From: Candidatus Altimarinota bacterium
GTDB lineage: Bacteria > Patescibacteriota > Gracilibacteria > UBA1369 > GCA-2718715
Assembly (NCBI GenBank): GCA_041242255.1
Contig: JBESAV010000001.1
Coordinates: 352,001 to 416,000 of the forward strand
Direction of reading: 5' to 3'
DNA: 64,000 bases
In this document: positions 47,949 to 59,066 of the stretch, piece after piece
How positions within the stretch are numbered: the stretch's first letter is position 1
How the letters are laid out: the number at the start of each line of letters is the position of its first letter
Notes under the pieces: model-generated
The model's database searches: none
Told to the model about the DNA's origin: nothing
Seen by the model: only the letters and a program-made list of their open reading frames with translations
Program-made: the position numbers and the translations under genes

Positions 47949-49403
47949 ATGTCCCCGAAAAACACCTTAACAATCTGGTGGATCAAAAGAGACATCCGTT
48001 TACTCGACAACTTGTGTCTCCATAAAGCACTCCAAGACTCCAAATACGTCTTGCCAGTTTTCATATGGGAAGAAAACATTTTCTCTCACCAGCAATACTC
48101 AAGATTCCATTTTGAAGCCATAAATACTGCATTAAAAGACCTCCAAAAAAATCTAAAAACCCTAAACTCAAATCTCCTTATACTGAGAGGGGAGACACTC
48201 CAAGTCTTCAATCAACTAAAATCCCAATACAACTTCCAGGCTATCTATTCCCATGAAGAAATTGGGTCGGACATAACTTACCAAAGAGACATCCAAGTCC
48301 AAAAATGGTGCCAACAAAACCAAATCAAATACAAAGAATTCCCACAGCTTTCAGTCATCAGAGGTCTTAAAGATAGAGATAAGCTTGATCAGTCATGGAA
48401 AAAACGCATCCAAAACTCACAAGTCATCCAGTCTCCAAACTCAGTTCCACTCCCAAAAAATTTCAAACCTATCTTCGACAACTCTTTCAAAACCACAAAA
48501 CCAACCTTCGAAGATCCAAGCCAGACCATCATCCAATCCACCTCAGAAACCTCCGCTCACAATATCTTAAACTCATTCCTTAAAGACCGCTCCAAAAGAT
48601 ATCGTGGCTCGATCAGCTCACCAAACACCGCTCTCAAATACGGGTCTAGACTCTCCACTCAGCTAGCCTACGGAACTATGTCCATGAGATACATCTACCA
48701 GCAAACCGAACAAAAGCGAAAAACCACCAAAGACCCTTGGCAAAAAAAAGGCCTTCAAGCCTTCAAATCCAGGCTTCACTGGCATGATCATTTCATCCAA
48801 AGACTCGAAATGGAACCCCAAATGGAATTCTACGCCCTAAACCCATTGTTTGAAGATTTACCTTACACCAATAAACCAGAAAATCTCCAAGCTTGGCTAA
48901 AGGGTCAAACTGGAGTTCCTCTAGTCGATGCTTCTATGCGATGCTTACGACACACAGGGTTTATAAATTTCCGGATGCGCTCAATGGTAACTTCTTATGC
49001 ATGTCATGCTCTCCACCTCGATTGGAGGTACATCATGTACCCACTAGCTCAACTCTTCACAGACTACGAACCAGGTATCCATATCTCTCAACTTCAAATG
49101 CAAGCCGGAGTAGTCGGTATCAACACTATTCGAGTCTACAACCCATACAAACAAGCCATCGATCAGGATCCAAGATGCATATTTATCAAAAAATGGGTCC
49201 CTGAACTCCAAGGTAAGTCTCCAGCTGAGATACTATCCGTAGAGACAATTCCTCTTTTAAACAGCGATTATCCTAAACCAATAGTAGATTTCAAAGCTCA
49301 AACCAAAATCATGAAAGATGCCCTCTACAAAAGAAAAAAGTCTACCGAAAATGCCATCCTCAAATATCAAGTTCTCCACAAACATGGCTCTAGAAAGTTC
49401 TAA
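47949..49403 (+). CDS. Cryptochrome/DNA photolyase family protein (canonical domain order)
   Basis: WIKRDIRLLDN, SRLS..LAYG, GQTGVPLVDASMR, NFRMR, DYEPGIH and RVYNP. Confidence 0.92.
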   Translation: MSPKNTLTIWWIKRDIRLLDNLCLHKALQDSKYVLPVFIWEENIFSHQQYSRFHFEAINTALKDLQKNLKTLNSNLLILRGETLQVFNQLKSQYNFQAIYSHEEIGSDITYQRDIQVQKWCQQNQIKYKEFPQLSVIRGLKDRDKLDQSWKKRIQNSQVIQSPNSVPLPKNFKPIFDNSFKTTKPTFEDPSQTIIQSTSETSAHNILNSFLKDRSKRYRGSISSPNTALKYGSRLSTQLAYGTMSMRYIYQQTEQKRKTTKDPWQKKGLQAFKSRLHWHDHFIQRLEMEPQMEFYALNPLFEDLPYTNKPENLQAWLKGQTGVPLVDASMRCLRHTGFINFRMRSMVTSYACHALHLDWRYIMYPLAQLFTDYEPGIHISQLQMQAGVVGINTIRVYNPYKQAIDQDPRCIFIKKWVPELQGKSPAEILSVETIPLLNSDYPKPIVDFKAQTKIMKDALYKRKKSTENAILKYQVLHKHGSRKF

Positions 49404-49411
49404 AAGAAAGA

Positions 49412-50728
49412 TTAATTATTTTGGTAATTTACAACAATATGGCATTTACCAAATACTTTTGAATCTAGCTTATTTACTCTTTCTTGAGGTATAAAGTTTC
49501 CGTGCAAAGTTAACCATTCAACTCTAGCTCTTGATATTATTTGTAGGGTTTCATCTGATATATCTTCTATTTCACTATCAGTGATATCAAAAAGTATTAA
49601 GTCTGCAATCTCAATAGCAGCTTGTAATCCCTCTTCACTTACATATCCTCCACAAATCATCAAACTATCTAATCTACAAAATTTTCTGACAATTTGGACA
49701 ATCTTTTTATCATCAATTTCATAACCATCACTAAATTCTTTTAAGCAAATTAAAGCTTTCAACTTATCTTTGTACTCATCTTGAAATTGTTCAAAGCCTT
49801 CCATGTTGCAACCTATTACCATGACTTCTAAATCTTTTAAATGTAAATCACCTAAATATAAAGGTTTATTAGAAATAAAATCACATACTAAAACTCTCAA
49901 TTCTTTAAATTTATTTAATTGATTAATATCACTAATTCTTACTGTTTTACCAATATTACCTCCTAGGGATCCTTTATATCTAACGTAATTATTAACTTCA
50001 GTCTCTTCACTAAAATCAATTACTTCAAGCTTACATCCATTCAAACTAAATATATCTTCTATATCTACACTACCATTGACTGAATCAATCTTTAGAAACT
50101 TTAACTTAGGGTAATCATGGGCATTTAAACTATTAATCCATGAAATTTTATATTCACCTGTTAAATGAAATCCAGTGACATATTTGCTTACAATACCATA
50201 ATCGAGATTAAACCCTGATTCTATGTATAAACCCCTAAGTTCATCCAAATTTATTTTTCCAATTAGATCTCTAATCTTATCCTCTGTGAAATCCTTAATT
50301 ATTAAATTTATATGTTTTTCACCAATAGTTTTAATTAGATTGATTGTTGTATCGTTCAACATGTCAATTTTTAACTGAAAGTCAAAAAATAAACAACTAA
50401 AGTCAATATCGCCTTTTAGTTTATTGAGTAAGGTAGTCATTCTAACTATCGTTTCGGAATCATAACTTTGCACATCTAATATTTCACTCCCAAGGAAGGA
50501 TTCAAAGTTTTTTCTATTAAATAAATAAGGTATTACGAGGTCTCTAAAACTTTTTAAATCACTTTCGTAGCAAGCAAAAATTACACCTATTAGTATAGGG
50601 TAATCTAATCGTGTCATTGATGTCTTATTATTAACAAGTGATCTAAGTTCAGAAAAGTTAGAGCTAAACTTATCTTTATTATCTTCTACATGTTCTTTAT
50701 ATTTTCTCATATATAATAGACTACACAT
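49412..50728 (-). CDS. Hypothetical protein with degenerate leucine-rich repeats (start 50728 or 50710)
   Basis: Repeating LxxLxI/L units such as LKFLKI, LEVIDFS, LRVLVC, LDSLMICG and VEWLTLHGN. Confidence 0.6.
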   Translation of the reverse strand: MCSLLYMRKYKEHVEDNKDKFSSNFSELRSLVNNKTSMTRLDYPILIGVIFACYESDLKSFRDLVIPYLFNRKNFESFLGSEILDVQSYDSETIVRMTTLLNKLKGDIDFSCLFFDFQLKIDMLNDTTINLIKTIGEKHINLIIKDFTEDKIRDLIGKINLDELRGLYIESGFNLDYGIVSKYVTGFHLTGEYKISWINSLNAHDYPKLKFLKIDSVNGSVDIEDIFSLNGCKLEVIDFSEETEVNNYVRYKGSLGGNIGKTVRISDINQLNKFKELRVLVCDFISNKPLYLGDLHLKDLEVMVIGCNMEGFEQFQDEYKDKLKALICLKEFSDGYEIDDKKIVQIVRKFCRLDSLMICGGYVSEEGLQAAIEIADLILFDITDSEIEDISDETLQIISRARVEWLTLHGNFIPQERVNKLDSKVFGKCHIVVNYQNN

Positions 50729-50735
50729 TTAGCGT

Positions 50736-50763
50736 ATTATATGTGTAAATCCAATTATGTCAA
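50736..50763 (-). promoter_or_regulatory. Consensus sigma70 promoter for the LRR-like gene
   Basis: TTGACA-16 nt-TATAAT. Confidence 0.7.
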
Positions 50764-50792
50764 CCAAGCCGATTTAAATTAATATATAAAAA

Positions 50793-51110
50793 TCAATTAT
50801 TAAGCTCAACCTCAAAAGCCCCACTTCCACCTCTATCTCTCCTTGCTTCTGTAAACCTAAAAACCCTCCCATCTCTATTCAAAAACTTAACTATAACAGG
50901 CTTTACGACAGGTCCTCCTTCAGATGAATGCAGACCTTTTCCAGTTATCACCAAAACTCTCTTCATCTTTTTCTTAATACACTTATCCAAAAACTCAGAA
51001 CAAATTCTTTCAATATCCTCGGGATACAAAACACCTCTTCCATGAAAATCTAGCTCAGCTTCAGGTGCATTCATATCAGCATATTTATTCACTTTTCTTC
51101 TTCTTCCCAT
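50793..51110 (-). CDS. Stand-alone Smr/MutS2 domain protein
   Basis: LDFHG, VITGKGLHS and GGSGA. Confidence 0.9.
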   Translation of the reverse strand: MGRRRKVNKYADMNAPEAELDFHGRGVLYPEDIERICSEFLDKCIKKKMKRVLVITGKGLHSSEGGPVVKPVIVKFLNRDGRVFRFTEARRDRGGSGAFEVELNN

Positions 51111-51244
51111 TTAGAAACTTATTTACTATCTCTACCATATGAAAATAGTAAGTCTAAATCAACAAAAACCAATTCCACCCAAAGCAAAATAACGATTCTT
51201 AATTAACACAAAAAAGACTATAATACCCACATCTAAATCCAAAA

Positions 51245-52111
51245 ATGCAAAAATTCCTCTTCATCCAGTACGCCACATACGCCCTTGTTCCAATAGGTAT
51301 TTTGGCAGTCTATTACTTATTCAAGCACAAGCTCCATTGGTCCTTTAAAATCCTATTATCCACAGTTTTCCTAGTCTTTCTTTGGTCAACTTTCATAGAG
51401 CCACAAATTATCCTAGTCCGACAACACCAAGTATCCTCAATCCATCAAAAGAAAATAGCCTTAATCGCTGATCTACATTTAGGAGTATACAAAAACCAAA
51501 ACTTCCTCCAAAGAGTAGTCAACAAACTCAACCAACAGGAAGATCTAGACGCCATACTCATAGCCGGAGATTTCACTTTCTACCCAACCAAATCCCAAAA
51601 CTTAACAGACCTATTTCAACCTCTTTCCCAGCTTAATGTCCCAACTGTTGCAGTAGTTGGAAATCACGATATAGAAAGACCAGGTCCAAATCTTAGAAAC
51701 GAACTTATCACAGCCCTCAAGTCCCACAACATCCAAATCATCAACAACCAACAAATCCAGATCAACGAACTTAACATCCTCGGTCTAGGGGATCATTGGG
51801 GTGAGGAAGATGATGTTTCTCTTGTAGAAAACCTACCAGAGAATGGAACTTCTATCATCCTCACACACAATCCCGACACAGTCTACGACTATCCAAAACC
51901 ATCCAAACACCTCACACTCACAGGCCACACCCATGGCGGGCAAATCCGCATCCCATACCTTTACAAGAAAGTAATCCCGACTAAGTATGACTTTGACCGT
52001 GATCTCCACAAAACCCCAAAAGGCCCAGTGTTCGTAACATCCGGGCTAGGGGAGGTGGACCTTCCAATGAGATTCTTAATTCCACCGACTATTGATATCA
52101 TCAATCTATAA
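51245..52111 (+). CDS. Membrane-anchored metallophosphoesterase (YkuE-like)
   Basis: DLH, GD, GNHD, HNPD and GHTHGGQ. Confidence 0.9.
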   Translation: MQKFLFIQYATYALVPIGILAVYYLFKHKLHWSFKILLSTVFLVFLWSTFIEPQIILVRQHQVSSIHQKKIALIADLHLGVYKNQNFLQRVVNKLNQQEDLDAILIAGDFTFYPTKSQNLTDLFQPLSQLNVPTVAVVGNHDIERPGPNLRNELITALKSHNIQIINNQQIQINELNILGLGDHWGEEDDVSLVENLPENGTSIILTHNPDTVYDYPKPSKHLTLTGHTHGGQIRIPYLYKKVIPTKYDFDRDLHKTPKGPVFVTSGLGEVDLPMRFLIPPTIDIINL

Positions 52112-52768
52112 AACCTCCATCTCCGAAGCTAACTCCATCATCTCTTTCACATCTTCATCTTCAAGAGCACTTTGAATATTTTCCCATAAGTCCAAGTTAA
52201 CCCTAGCCCACTTTAGATATTTCTGACGGGCAACTTCAGTGTAAAAATACTTACCAGACTCCATGAGTGGCTTTTGATCATCCACAATTTTCCCAGCTAG
52301 TTTTCCAAGGTCATAACCAGTTTCACTCAAAAACTTCGAGCTAAAAAGTACAGGAGTAATAGGCAAAGCCTTAAACAAAGTATCACCATCCGACAGAGCT
52401 TTTCCCTCAAGACTCAATTCTTTTCCAAGGCGAGTGCTAGTATGAGCTTCTGCTACAACCTTCAAAATCAATTCTACACTTGAAGGATCATAGCCGCATT
52501 CTTCCAATAAGTCTCGAGTCTCATTCACTACAGCCTCCGGATCTAAACTTTCACTAAAAACATAATTTAAGTCATGCACCAATCCTGCCGACGCCACAAT
52601 CTCGATATCAGCTCCAATCTCTTCAGCAAAATAAACCGCTTTATCATGCACAAATTTCACATGATGCCATCCATGAAAAAGCAACTTACCTTTATTAGAA
52701 GGCTCCATATACAGAGCCTTCACTTCCTCAAATAATTTATTATATCTTTTAGTTTGAAGTTTATTCAT
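52106..52768 (-). CDS. HD-domain phosphohydrolase
   Basis: HGWHH, LVHD, H and DGD motifs. Confidence 0.8.
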   Translation of the reverse strand: MNKLQTKRYNKLFEEVKALYMEPSNKGKLLFHGWHHVKFVHDKAVYFAEEIGADIEIVASAGLVHDLNYVFSESLDPEAVVNETRDLLEECGYDPSSVELILKVVAEAHTSTRLGKELSLEGKALSDGDTLFKALPITPVLFSSKFLSETGYDLGKLAGKIVDDQKPLMESGKYFYTEVARQKYLKWARVNLDLWENIQSALEDEDVKEMMELASEMEVL

Positions 52769-53609
52769 TCTCCTGAGCTTCTAAAACTACACTAATCATG
52801 TACATCATCTCTGCTCTCGTAACTTTGTGTGATCCAGAGTTATAAGGTAAAGCTCCCAAAGAACCAACAGCCTCAAAGTATGGTGCATACCATTCTTCCC
52901 AACTTTCTTTCTCACGTACATCCATATCAAATGCAACTGCAATCATCTTAGCAACCTCAGCACCATTTGCTCCATCAGCTGGTCTAACAGTATTTTTACC
53001 AGAGTCACCAGTTACAATTCCTTTATCTCTAGCAATTTTCAAATAAGGCGAGTACCAAGCCCCAAATTCCACATCACTATATACATCAGTTCCAAGTTTA
53101 GCTTGAGCAATTGCCATGTCACTACTCACAGCCTCCACCAAGATTTTAGCCAAAGCAGCTCTATTAATTTGAGTATCAGGCTCCACACTCCCATCAGGAT
53201 TACCTCCCACAATCCCACGCTCTTTCACATCAGCAATCTCACTATAGTATCGATGCTCAGGATTCAGATCCCAAAAAATACTTCCTTCAAACCTCTCTGG
53301 TTCAGAACCAGGCAGGGGAGACTTAACTATATCTTTCAAAAAACTAGTATAAACAAATCCAGTCCCAACCGAAGTTTCAATTAAGTAAAATTCTTCATAG
53401 TTATCAACCTCCAAAATCCTAACAGTCTCTCCAGCTCGAACAGTTCCAACTACACCCCCAGAAGGACAATTATCCCTTACATTCACCGCACTACTAATTG
53501 TCGCATACCAATCGACATCAGTCCTTTTCGTACAGTCACCAGCCGACGCCATAGGCATCAAACCTCCAAGCATCATTACTGAAACCAAACCAACAATAAA
53601 CTTCTTCAT
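52761..53609 (-). CDS. Secreted SH3b plus SLH domain protein
   Basis: Signal peptide; VNVRD..GFV SH3b; GIVGG.PDG..PD..INRA and VTRAEM SLH motifs. Confidence 0.82.
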   Translation of the reverse strand: MKKFIVGLVSVMMLGGLMPMASAGDCTKRTDVDWYATISSAVNVRDNCPSGGVVGTVRAGETVRILEVDNYEEFYLIETSVGTGFVYTSFLKDIVKSPLPGSEPERFEGSIFWDLNPEHRYYSEIADVKERGIVGGNPDGSVEPDTQINRAALAKILVEAVSSDMAIAQAKLGTDVYSDVEFGAWYSPYLKIARDKGIVTGDSGKNTVRPADGANGAEVAKMIAVAFDMDVREKESWEEWYAPYFEAVGSLGALPYNSGSHKVTRAEMMYMISVVLEAQENE

Positions 53610-53657
53610 AATTTTAAGTTAAACTAAAACCAATATACCACAAAAATAAAGTCTTCC

Positions 53658-53948
53658 ATGCCATATTACACCTACATCGCCCTCTGCTCAGACAACACTC
53701 TCTATACCGGCTACACCAACGACATCCAGAGCAGGGAAGACACCCACAATCAAGGAAAAGGAGCCAAGTACACTAAAGCCCGCTTACCCATTGAAATAGT
53801 CCATGTAGAAGAATTTCAAACCCGCTCCCAAGCCATGAAGCGCGAATACGCCATCAAGCAACTCTCCAAAGATCAAAAGCTCTCTCTCATCAATAAACCA
53901 AACCAGTCAAAAAAATCAACAAGTAAACCAAATACAAGACAGTCATGA
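53658..53948 (+). CDS. GIY-YIG nuclease (YhbQ/UPF0213-like)
   Basis: YTYI..C.D..LYTGYT, HNQGKGAKYT and REYAIK. Confidence 0.92.
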   Translation: MPYYTYIALCSDNTLYTGYTNDIQSREDTHNQGKGAKYTKARLPIEIVHVEEFQTRSQAMKREYAIKQLSKDQKLSLINKPNQSKKSTSKPNTRQS

Positions 53949-54849
53949 TCAAATATTGCTCTTGATCCACTTTATTATCAGTTTTTTCTCTAACCCTAAA
54001 GTAACTAACTGCAGCTATAATTATCAATGGTACAAACAAAATTCCATACATATTTAAAACTGATTTAGAACCTATATACCCAATCGGAAGAATGAACATA
54101 TCAGATATAGGTCGAAGAACACTTGTAAATCCCAGCAGTAAAGTAGACAGAAAAAACAATGGTAAAGTAGCAGGTACAACTAATGTAAGTATATATTCGT
54201 GCTTTTCCTTGCTTTTGTATACCCTCCATATCAAAAAGAATAACAACACTAAAGCCACCAACAAAAGACCACCTGTAAATAAATTGTTATCCCATATATG
54301 CGCAGATACTAGTTCTTCAAGAACCAAAACAAAAAGGGTACTAGCAAAAAATGACAGTGCTACCATAAAGCATCTTAACAAAATTCTTGAGTAAGTTTTC
54401 AAAAACTTCTTTAAATCTGCTTTCACATAAACAAATCCAATACTAAAAGCCACCAGAGCAATAAAGAGGTTATAAATAACCAAGTGAACATTGTACTTCG
54501 ATAAACTATAATCACTCAATATCTGAGTAGGGGGTAGTCTATATTCAGAATTTGATTGAGTAATAGATACCATCCCATTCTTAACCTTTAGTAAGTCCCC
54601 ATCCTCACTTCGTTTATTGGTGTTAGCCTGGATATAGTCTGGATCAAAGCTATCCGGAAAAGTATCTTTCATATGCCGCATTGCCCAGTAAGCTTTGTTA
54701 TAGTTTCCATCAAAAACTTCCTCACCCAAAAATCCCCAAAAAGTATCTCCTTCTAATGGTCTGTAATCAAATACAAAATAGTTAAAATTAAACTTCATCA
54801 TAAAAACCGATAAAACCAGAAGAACTAATGCCAATATCTTATTTTTCAT
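53890..54849 (-). CDS. Multi-pass membrane hypothetical protein
   Basis: N-terminal TM, soluble loop and about 6 further TM helices. Confidence 0.65.
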   Translation of the reverse strand: MKNKILALVLLVLSVFMMKFNFNYFVFDYRPLEGDTFWGFLGEEVFDGNYNKAYWAMRHMKDTFPDSFDPDYIQANTNKRSEDGDLLKVKNGMVSITQSNSEYRLPPTQILSDYSLSKYNVHLVIYNLFIALVAFSIGFVYVKADLKKFLKTYSRILLRCFMVALSFFASTLFVLVLEELVSAHIWDNNLFTGGLLLVALVLLFFLIWRVYKSKEKHEYILTLVVPATLPLFFLSTLLLGFTSVLRPISDMFILPIGYIGSKSVLNMYGILFVPLIIIAAVSYFRVREKTDNKVDQEQYLIMTVLYLVYLLIFLTGLVY

Positions 54850-54925
54850 TATGAAAATTATTATTTACCAGATTATACACTAATTACCCACAACAAAAAA
54901 AACTCCACAATCAGTAGAGTAATTC

Positions 54926-55000
54926 TGGAGCGGGTAGCGGGGATCGAACCCGCCTCTTCGGCTTGGAAGGCCGACATAATAGCCACTATACTATACCCGC
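54926..55000 (-). tRNA. tRNA-Gly(TCC)
   Basis: GCGGGTATAGTATAGTGGCTATTATGTCGGCCTTCCAAGCCGAAGAGGCGGGTTCGATCCCCGCTACCCGCTCCA folds as a cloverleaf with encoded CCA. Confidence 0.95.
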
Positions 55001-55060
55001 GACTATGCTTTCTTTTAGCTTCCACATTCTATAAACCTCTCATAAAAAAGCAACCCTTTT

Positions 55061-55282
55061 TTATTGAAAATAAGGACTTACAAATCCAATAACCCTCTCA
55101 AGTTGGCTAGGTTCCACTTTTCTTTCGATTCCATCACCCATTTCAACCCTCACTAATCTATCCTCATCTACTTCAATCACACGACATAGTCGCCCTTTAA
55201 AGTCCATAATCTCACCATCCACACAACCATTATCAGCAATATCGTATTCCCTCATTTTAACTGTATATTCTCTCTGTTCCAT
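55061..55282 (-). CDS. Small hypothetical protein, possibly an SH3/KOW-like beta barrel
   Basis: 73-aa ORF filling the gap, with minus-strand-type composition. Confidence 0.55.
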   Translation of the reverse strand: MEQREYTVKMREYDIADNGCVDGEIMDFKGRLCRVIEVDEDRLVRVEMGDGIERKVEPSQLERVIGFVSPYFQ

Positions 55283-55294
55283 ATTTATAAAATT

Positions 55295-55321
55295 AAAAAA
55301 TCCCGATCTCTCGACCGGGAT
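55295..55321 (-). terminator. Intrinsic terminator
   Basis: ATCCCGGTC-GAGA-GATCGGGAT followed by a T-tract. Confidence 0.8.
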
Positions 55322-55329
55322 AAAATTTA

Positions 55330-56160
55330 TTAGAAGCCCATATTCATTCCACCTGGCATTCCTGGTATAGTTATCTCTTGGGCCGCAGGTGCAGCCACAT
55401 CATATTCACCATGTATGAAAGTTACTAGCTGACCATCAAGTACAGCTTCAACTAGTCTTAATGTATCATCAAATCTCAGTACTCCTCCTTCATCAGTTAC
55501 AACTTCCTCACAAGCTTCACCACTTGCACAAGTTACACTTGTCGGTTCATATTTCTGAATAATATTCGGGTATAAAGCTTTATACGGCATATCAGCAATC
55601 GGAATCCCACTCGGAGCATCTACGGCTTGATAGTCTGCATCTGCTAGTTCAGGATAACTTTGAGTCGCCAATCCACCTTCTCCCACCATTTTTATCTTTT
55701 TCCATCCCTCAACATTACTATACATATATCCATCGGTATCTTGATAGACAGTCTCTCCTTCAGCTTCAATTAATGCCACTCCAGTATCACTATCAAACGT
55801 GACTGTAATACCATCAGTAACTGCTTTTACATCTCCAATATTATCAACTGAAGTTACCATTCCATTTTCATCTTCACTGTTATTCATAGCGTCTTCAGAG
55901 TCTCCATCTTCATCATTTTCATCACCACTATCAGATGAGTCACCTCCTAAGCTTCCAGATCCACCAGCCCCAATTCGCATACTCATTGCCCATTCACAAT
56001 CTTCAAATTCTTCTTCAGTCACAACTCCATCATCATTTTCATCACAATTTTCAACAATTTCAGGATCAGTCAGATCAACCTCTAAGTTAGTTTCATTGCT
56101 ACATCCTGATATAGCAAAAATCATAATGATCATCAGTCCAAGCCCTAAAAATTTTCTCAT
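55330..56160 (-). CDS. Acidic lipoprotein with EF-hand-like loop
   Basis: Lipobox ISG|C; DENDDGVVTEEE; TGGTATACT at 56188-56196. Confidence 0.75.
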   Translation of the reverse strand: MRKFLGLGLMIIMIFAISGCSNETNLEVDLTDPEIVENCDENDDGVVTEEEFEDCEWAMSMRIGAGGSGSLGGDSSDSGDENDEDGDSEDAMNNSEDENGMVTSVDNIGDVKAVTDGITVTFDSDTGVALIEAEGETVYQDTDGYMYSNVEGWKKIKMVGEGGLATQSYPELADADYQAVDAPSGIPIADMPYKALYPNIIQKYEPTSVTCASGEACEEVVTDEGGVLRFDDTLRLVEAVLDGQLVTFIHGEYDVAAPAAQEITIPGMPGGMNMGF

Positions 56161-56209
56161 ATCACCGAGTTATTTATAAACAAATGCAGTATACCAAAAC
56201 ACCATAAAT

Positions 56210-56243
56210 AAAAAAGTCCACACATCAAGTGCAGAACTTTTTT
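56210..56243 (-). terminator. Terminator of the atp operon
   Basis: Imperfect hairpin flanked by A6/T6 downstream of atpC. Confidence 0.55.
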
Positions 56244-56264
56244 AAACATTACTCATTCAAACCC

Positions 56265-56672
56265 TTATCCCAATTGCTTACTTACAGCAATCTTCTCATT
56301 TTCTAAGTATTCGATTTGGAAGTCAGAAAGGTCAGATCCCTTAGCAAGTTCAGCTTCAATGAAGTCTAAATACTCCTTAGCATCTTCCACTGATACCTCA
56401 GACTCAAGCTCACAGTAGTAAGCCATAAGTCTGCATGTATTAGTTGCATTATCAAAGTTTAGAACTCCTTGTCTAACCATGTATCTTTCAGTTTCCTCTT
56501 CAGCTCCAGTCTCAACCATTGCTGAAGTGAACTTAACAGTCCCAATCATCGAGGCATGCTTAGCCATGATTACAACACGTCCACCTTCCAAAGTAATAGC
56601 AATAGACTTTGCTTCACCATTGAAAACTTCTTTGTCGGGAGTCTGGATGATTAACTTAAATTTATTTTCCAT
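56265..56672 (-). CDS. atpC: F-type ATP synthase epsilon subunit
   Basis: IQTPD, G..IMAKHA; operon position. Confidence 0.85.
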   Translation of the reverse strand: MENKFKLIIQTPDKEVFNGEAKSIAITLEGGRVVIMAKHASMIGTVKFTSAMVETGAEEETERYMVRQGVLNFDNATNTCRLMAYYCELESEVSVEDAKEYLDFIEAELAKGSDLSDFQIEYLENEKIAVSKQLG

Positions 56673-56744
56673 AATTTTGAAATTTTATATTTCCCCATAA
56701 CATTTCATATTCATAGAAGCAGGGGAGAGACTCAAGTCAAAAAC

Positions 56745-58160
<1,416 letters not shown>

Positions 58161-58170
58161 TTAATTATTA

Positions 58171-59061
58171 TTATTCACTAACCGCAGCAGATCCTCCCAT
58201 CAACTCAGCAATTTCCTGAGTAATAGCTTGCTGACGAGCTTTGTTGAATTGTAGTGTCAATTCATCTCTCTTCTTATCAGCAGCATCTGTTGCGTTCTTC
58301 ATCGCCATCATACGACTTGAGTACTCAGAAGCTTTCAAATCCATAAATGATTGTACAAACAGACCTTGAACAATAAGTTCATGAAGTCTAGTTGTAAGAT
58401 CTTCCGGATCTGAATTAAAGATCATGTAGTTATTCTCATTTCTTTTAACGTCTTCACTTTCTGATCTCAAATTATTCTCAACCATATCTTTTGAGAATGG
58501 TAAGAAAGTTTTCACTTGAGGATAAAAAGTAAACGAATTTACGTAGTAAGGCGCAATGAATTTAACTTCCTTAACCTCACCACTTCTCCAGATCTCAAGA
58601 ATCTGATCAACTACAGCCAGAGCATCAATATTTGTCATACTCTCAGGCAAACCAACAAATGATTTTTCCACTGAGATACCATTATTTTTAGCATATTCAG
58701 TAGCCTTTTTACCTATAGTTACAAGCATTCTTTGATCTTCTGGAAGTTCACCCCATTCCTTCGAGTTTACTAGAGCTTTGATTTGTTTAGTGTTCAACGC
58801 CCCACATAAACCTTTATCCGAAGTATAAAGTACAAACAAAATCTTACCTTTTTCAGGAGCAACCGAATAAACAGTCTTTTCTCCTGAGTCAACAGTCGAG
58901 CTAAGTGCTTCAAGCAAGTTACTTACAAAATCTCTGGCACCAAGTGCTTTGTTTTGAAAGGTACGCATTTTACTTGCAGCAACAAGTTGCATGGCTTTTG
59001 TAATCTTTTTTGTGTTTTTAACACCCTGTATTTGCTTTTTTATCTCTAATAAAGAAGCCAT
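58171..59061 (-). CDS. atpG: F-type ATP synthase gamma subunit
   Basis: KITKAMQLVAASK, SDKGLCG and RQQAITQE. Confidence 0.97.
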   Translation of the reverse strand: MASLLEIKKQIQGVKNTKKITKAMQLVAASKMRTFQNKALGARDFVSNLLEALSSTVDSGEKTVYSVAPEKGKILFVLYTSDKGLCGALNTKQIKALVNSKEWGELPEDQRMLVTIGKKATEYAKNNGISVEKSFVGLPESMTNIDALAVVDQILEIWRSGEVKEVKFIAPYYVNSFTFYPQVKTFLPFSKDMVENNLRSESEDVKRNENNYMIFNSDPEDLTTRLHELIVQGLFVQSFMDLKASEYSSRMMAMKNATDAADKKRDELTLQFNKARQQAITQEIAELMGGSAAVSE

Positions 59062-59066
59062 TGCAT

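Noticed and set aside
50793-53948. Smr, phosphoesterase, HD and GIY-YIG genes as an anti-phage defence operon
   Set aside because: Orientations alternate and all are common stand-alone families; nothing shows co-transcription.
4888-53948. Frequent 3' overlaps of convergent genes (4888, 8265, 19798, 25782, 32200, 44016, 52106, 53890)
   Set aside because: Adequately explained by genome streamlining; no specific regulatory signal seen.
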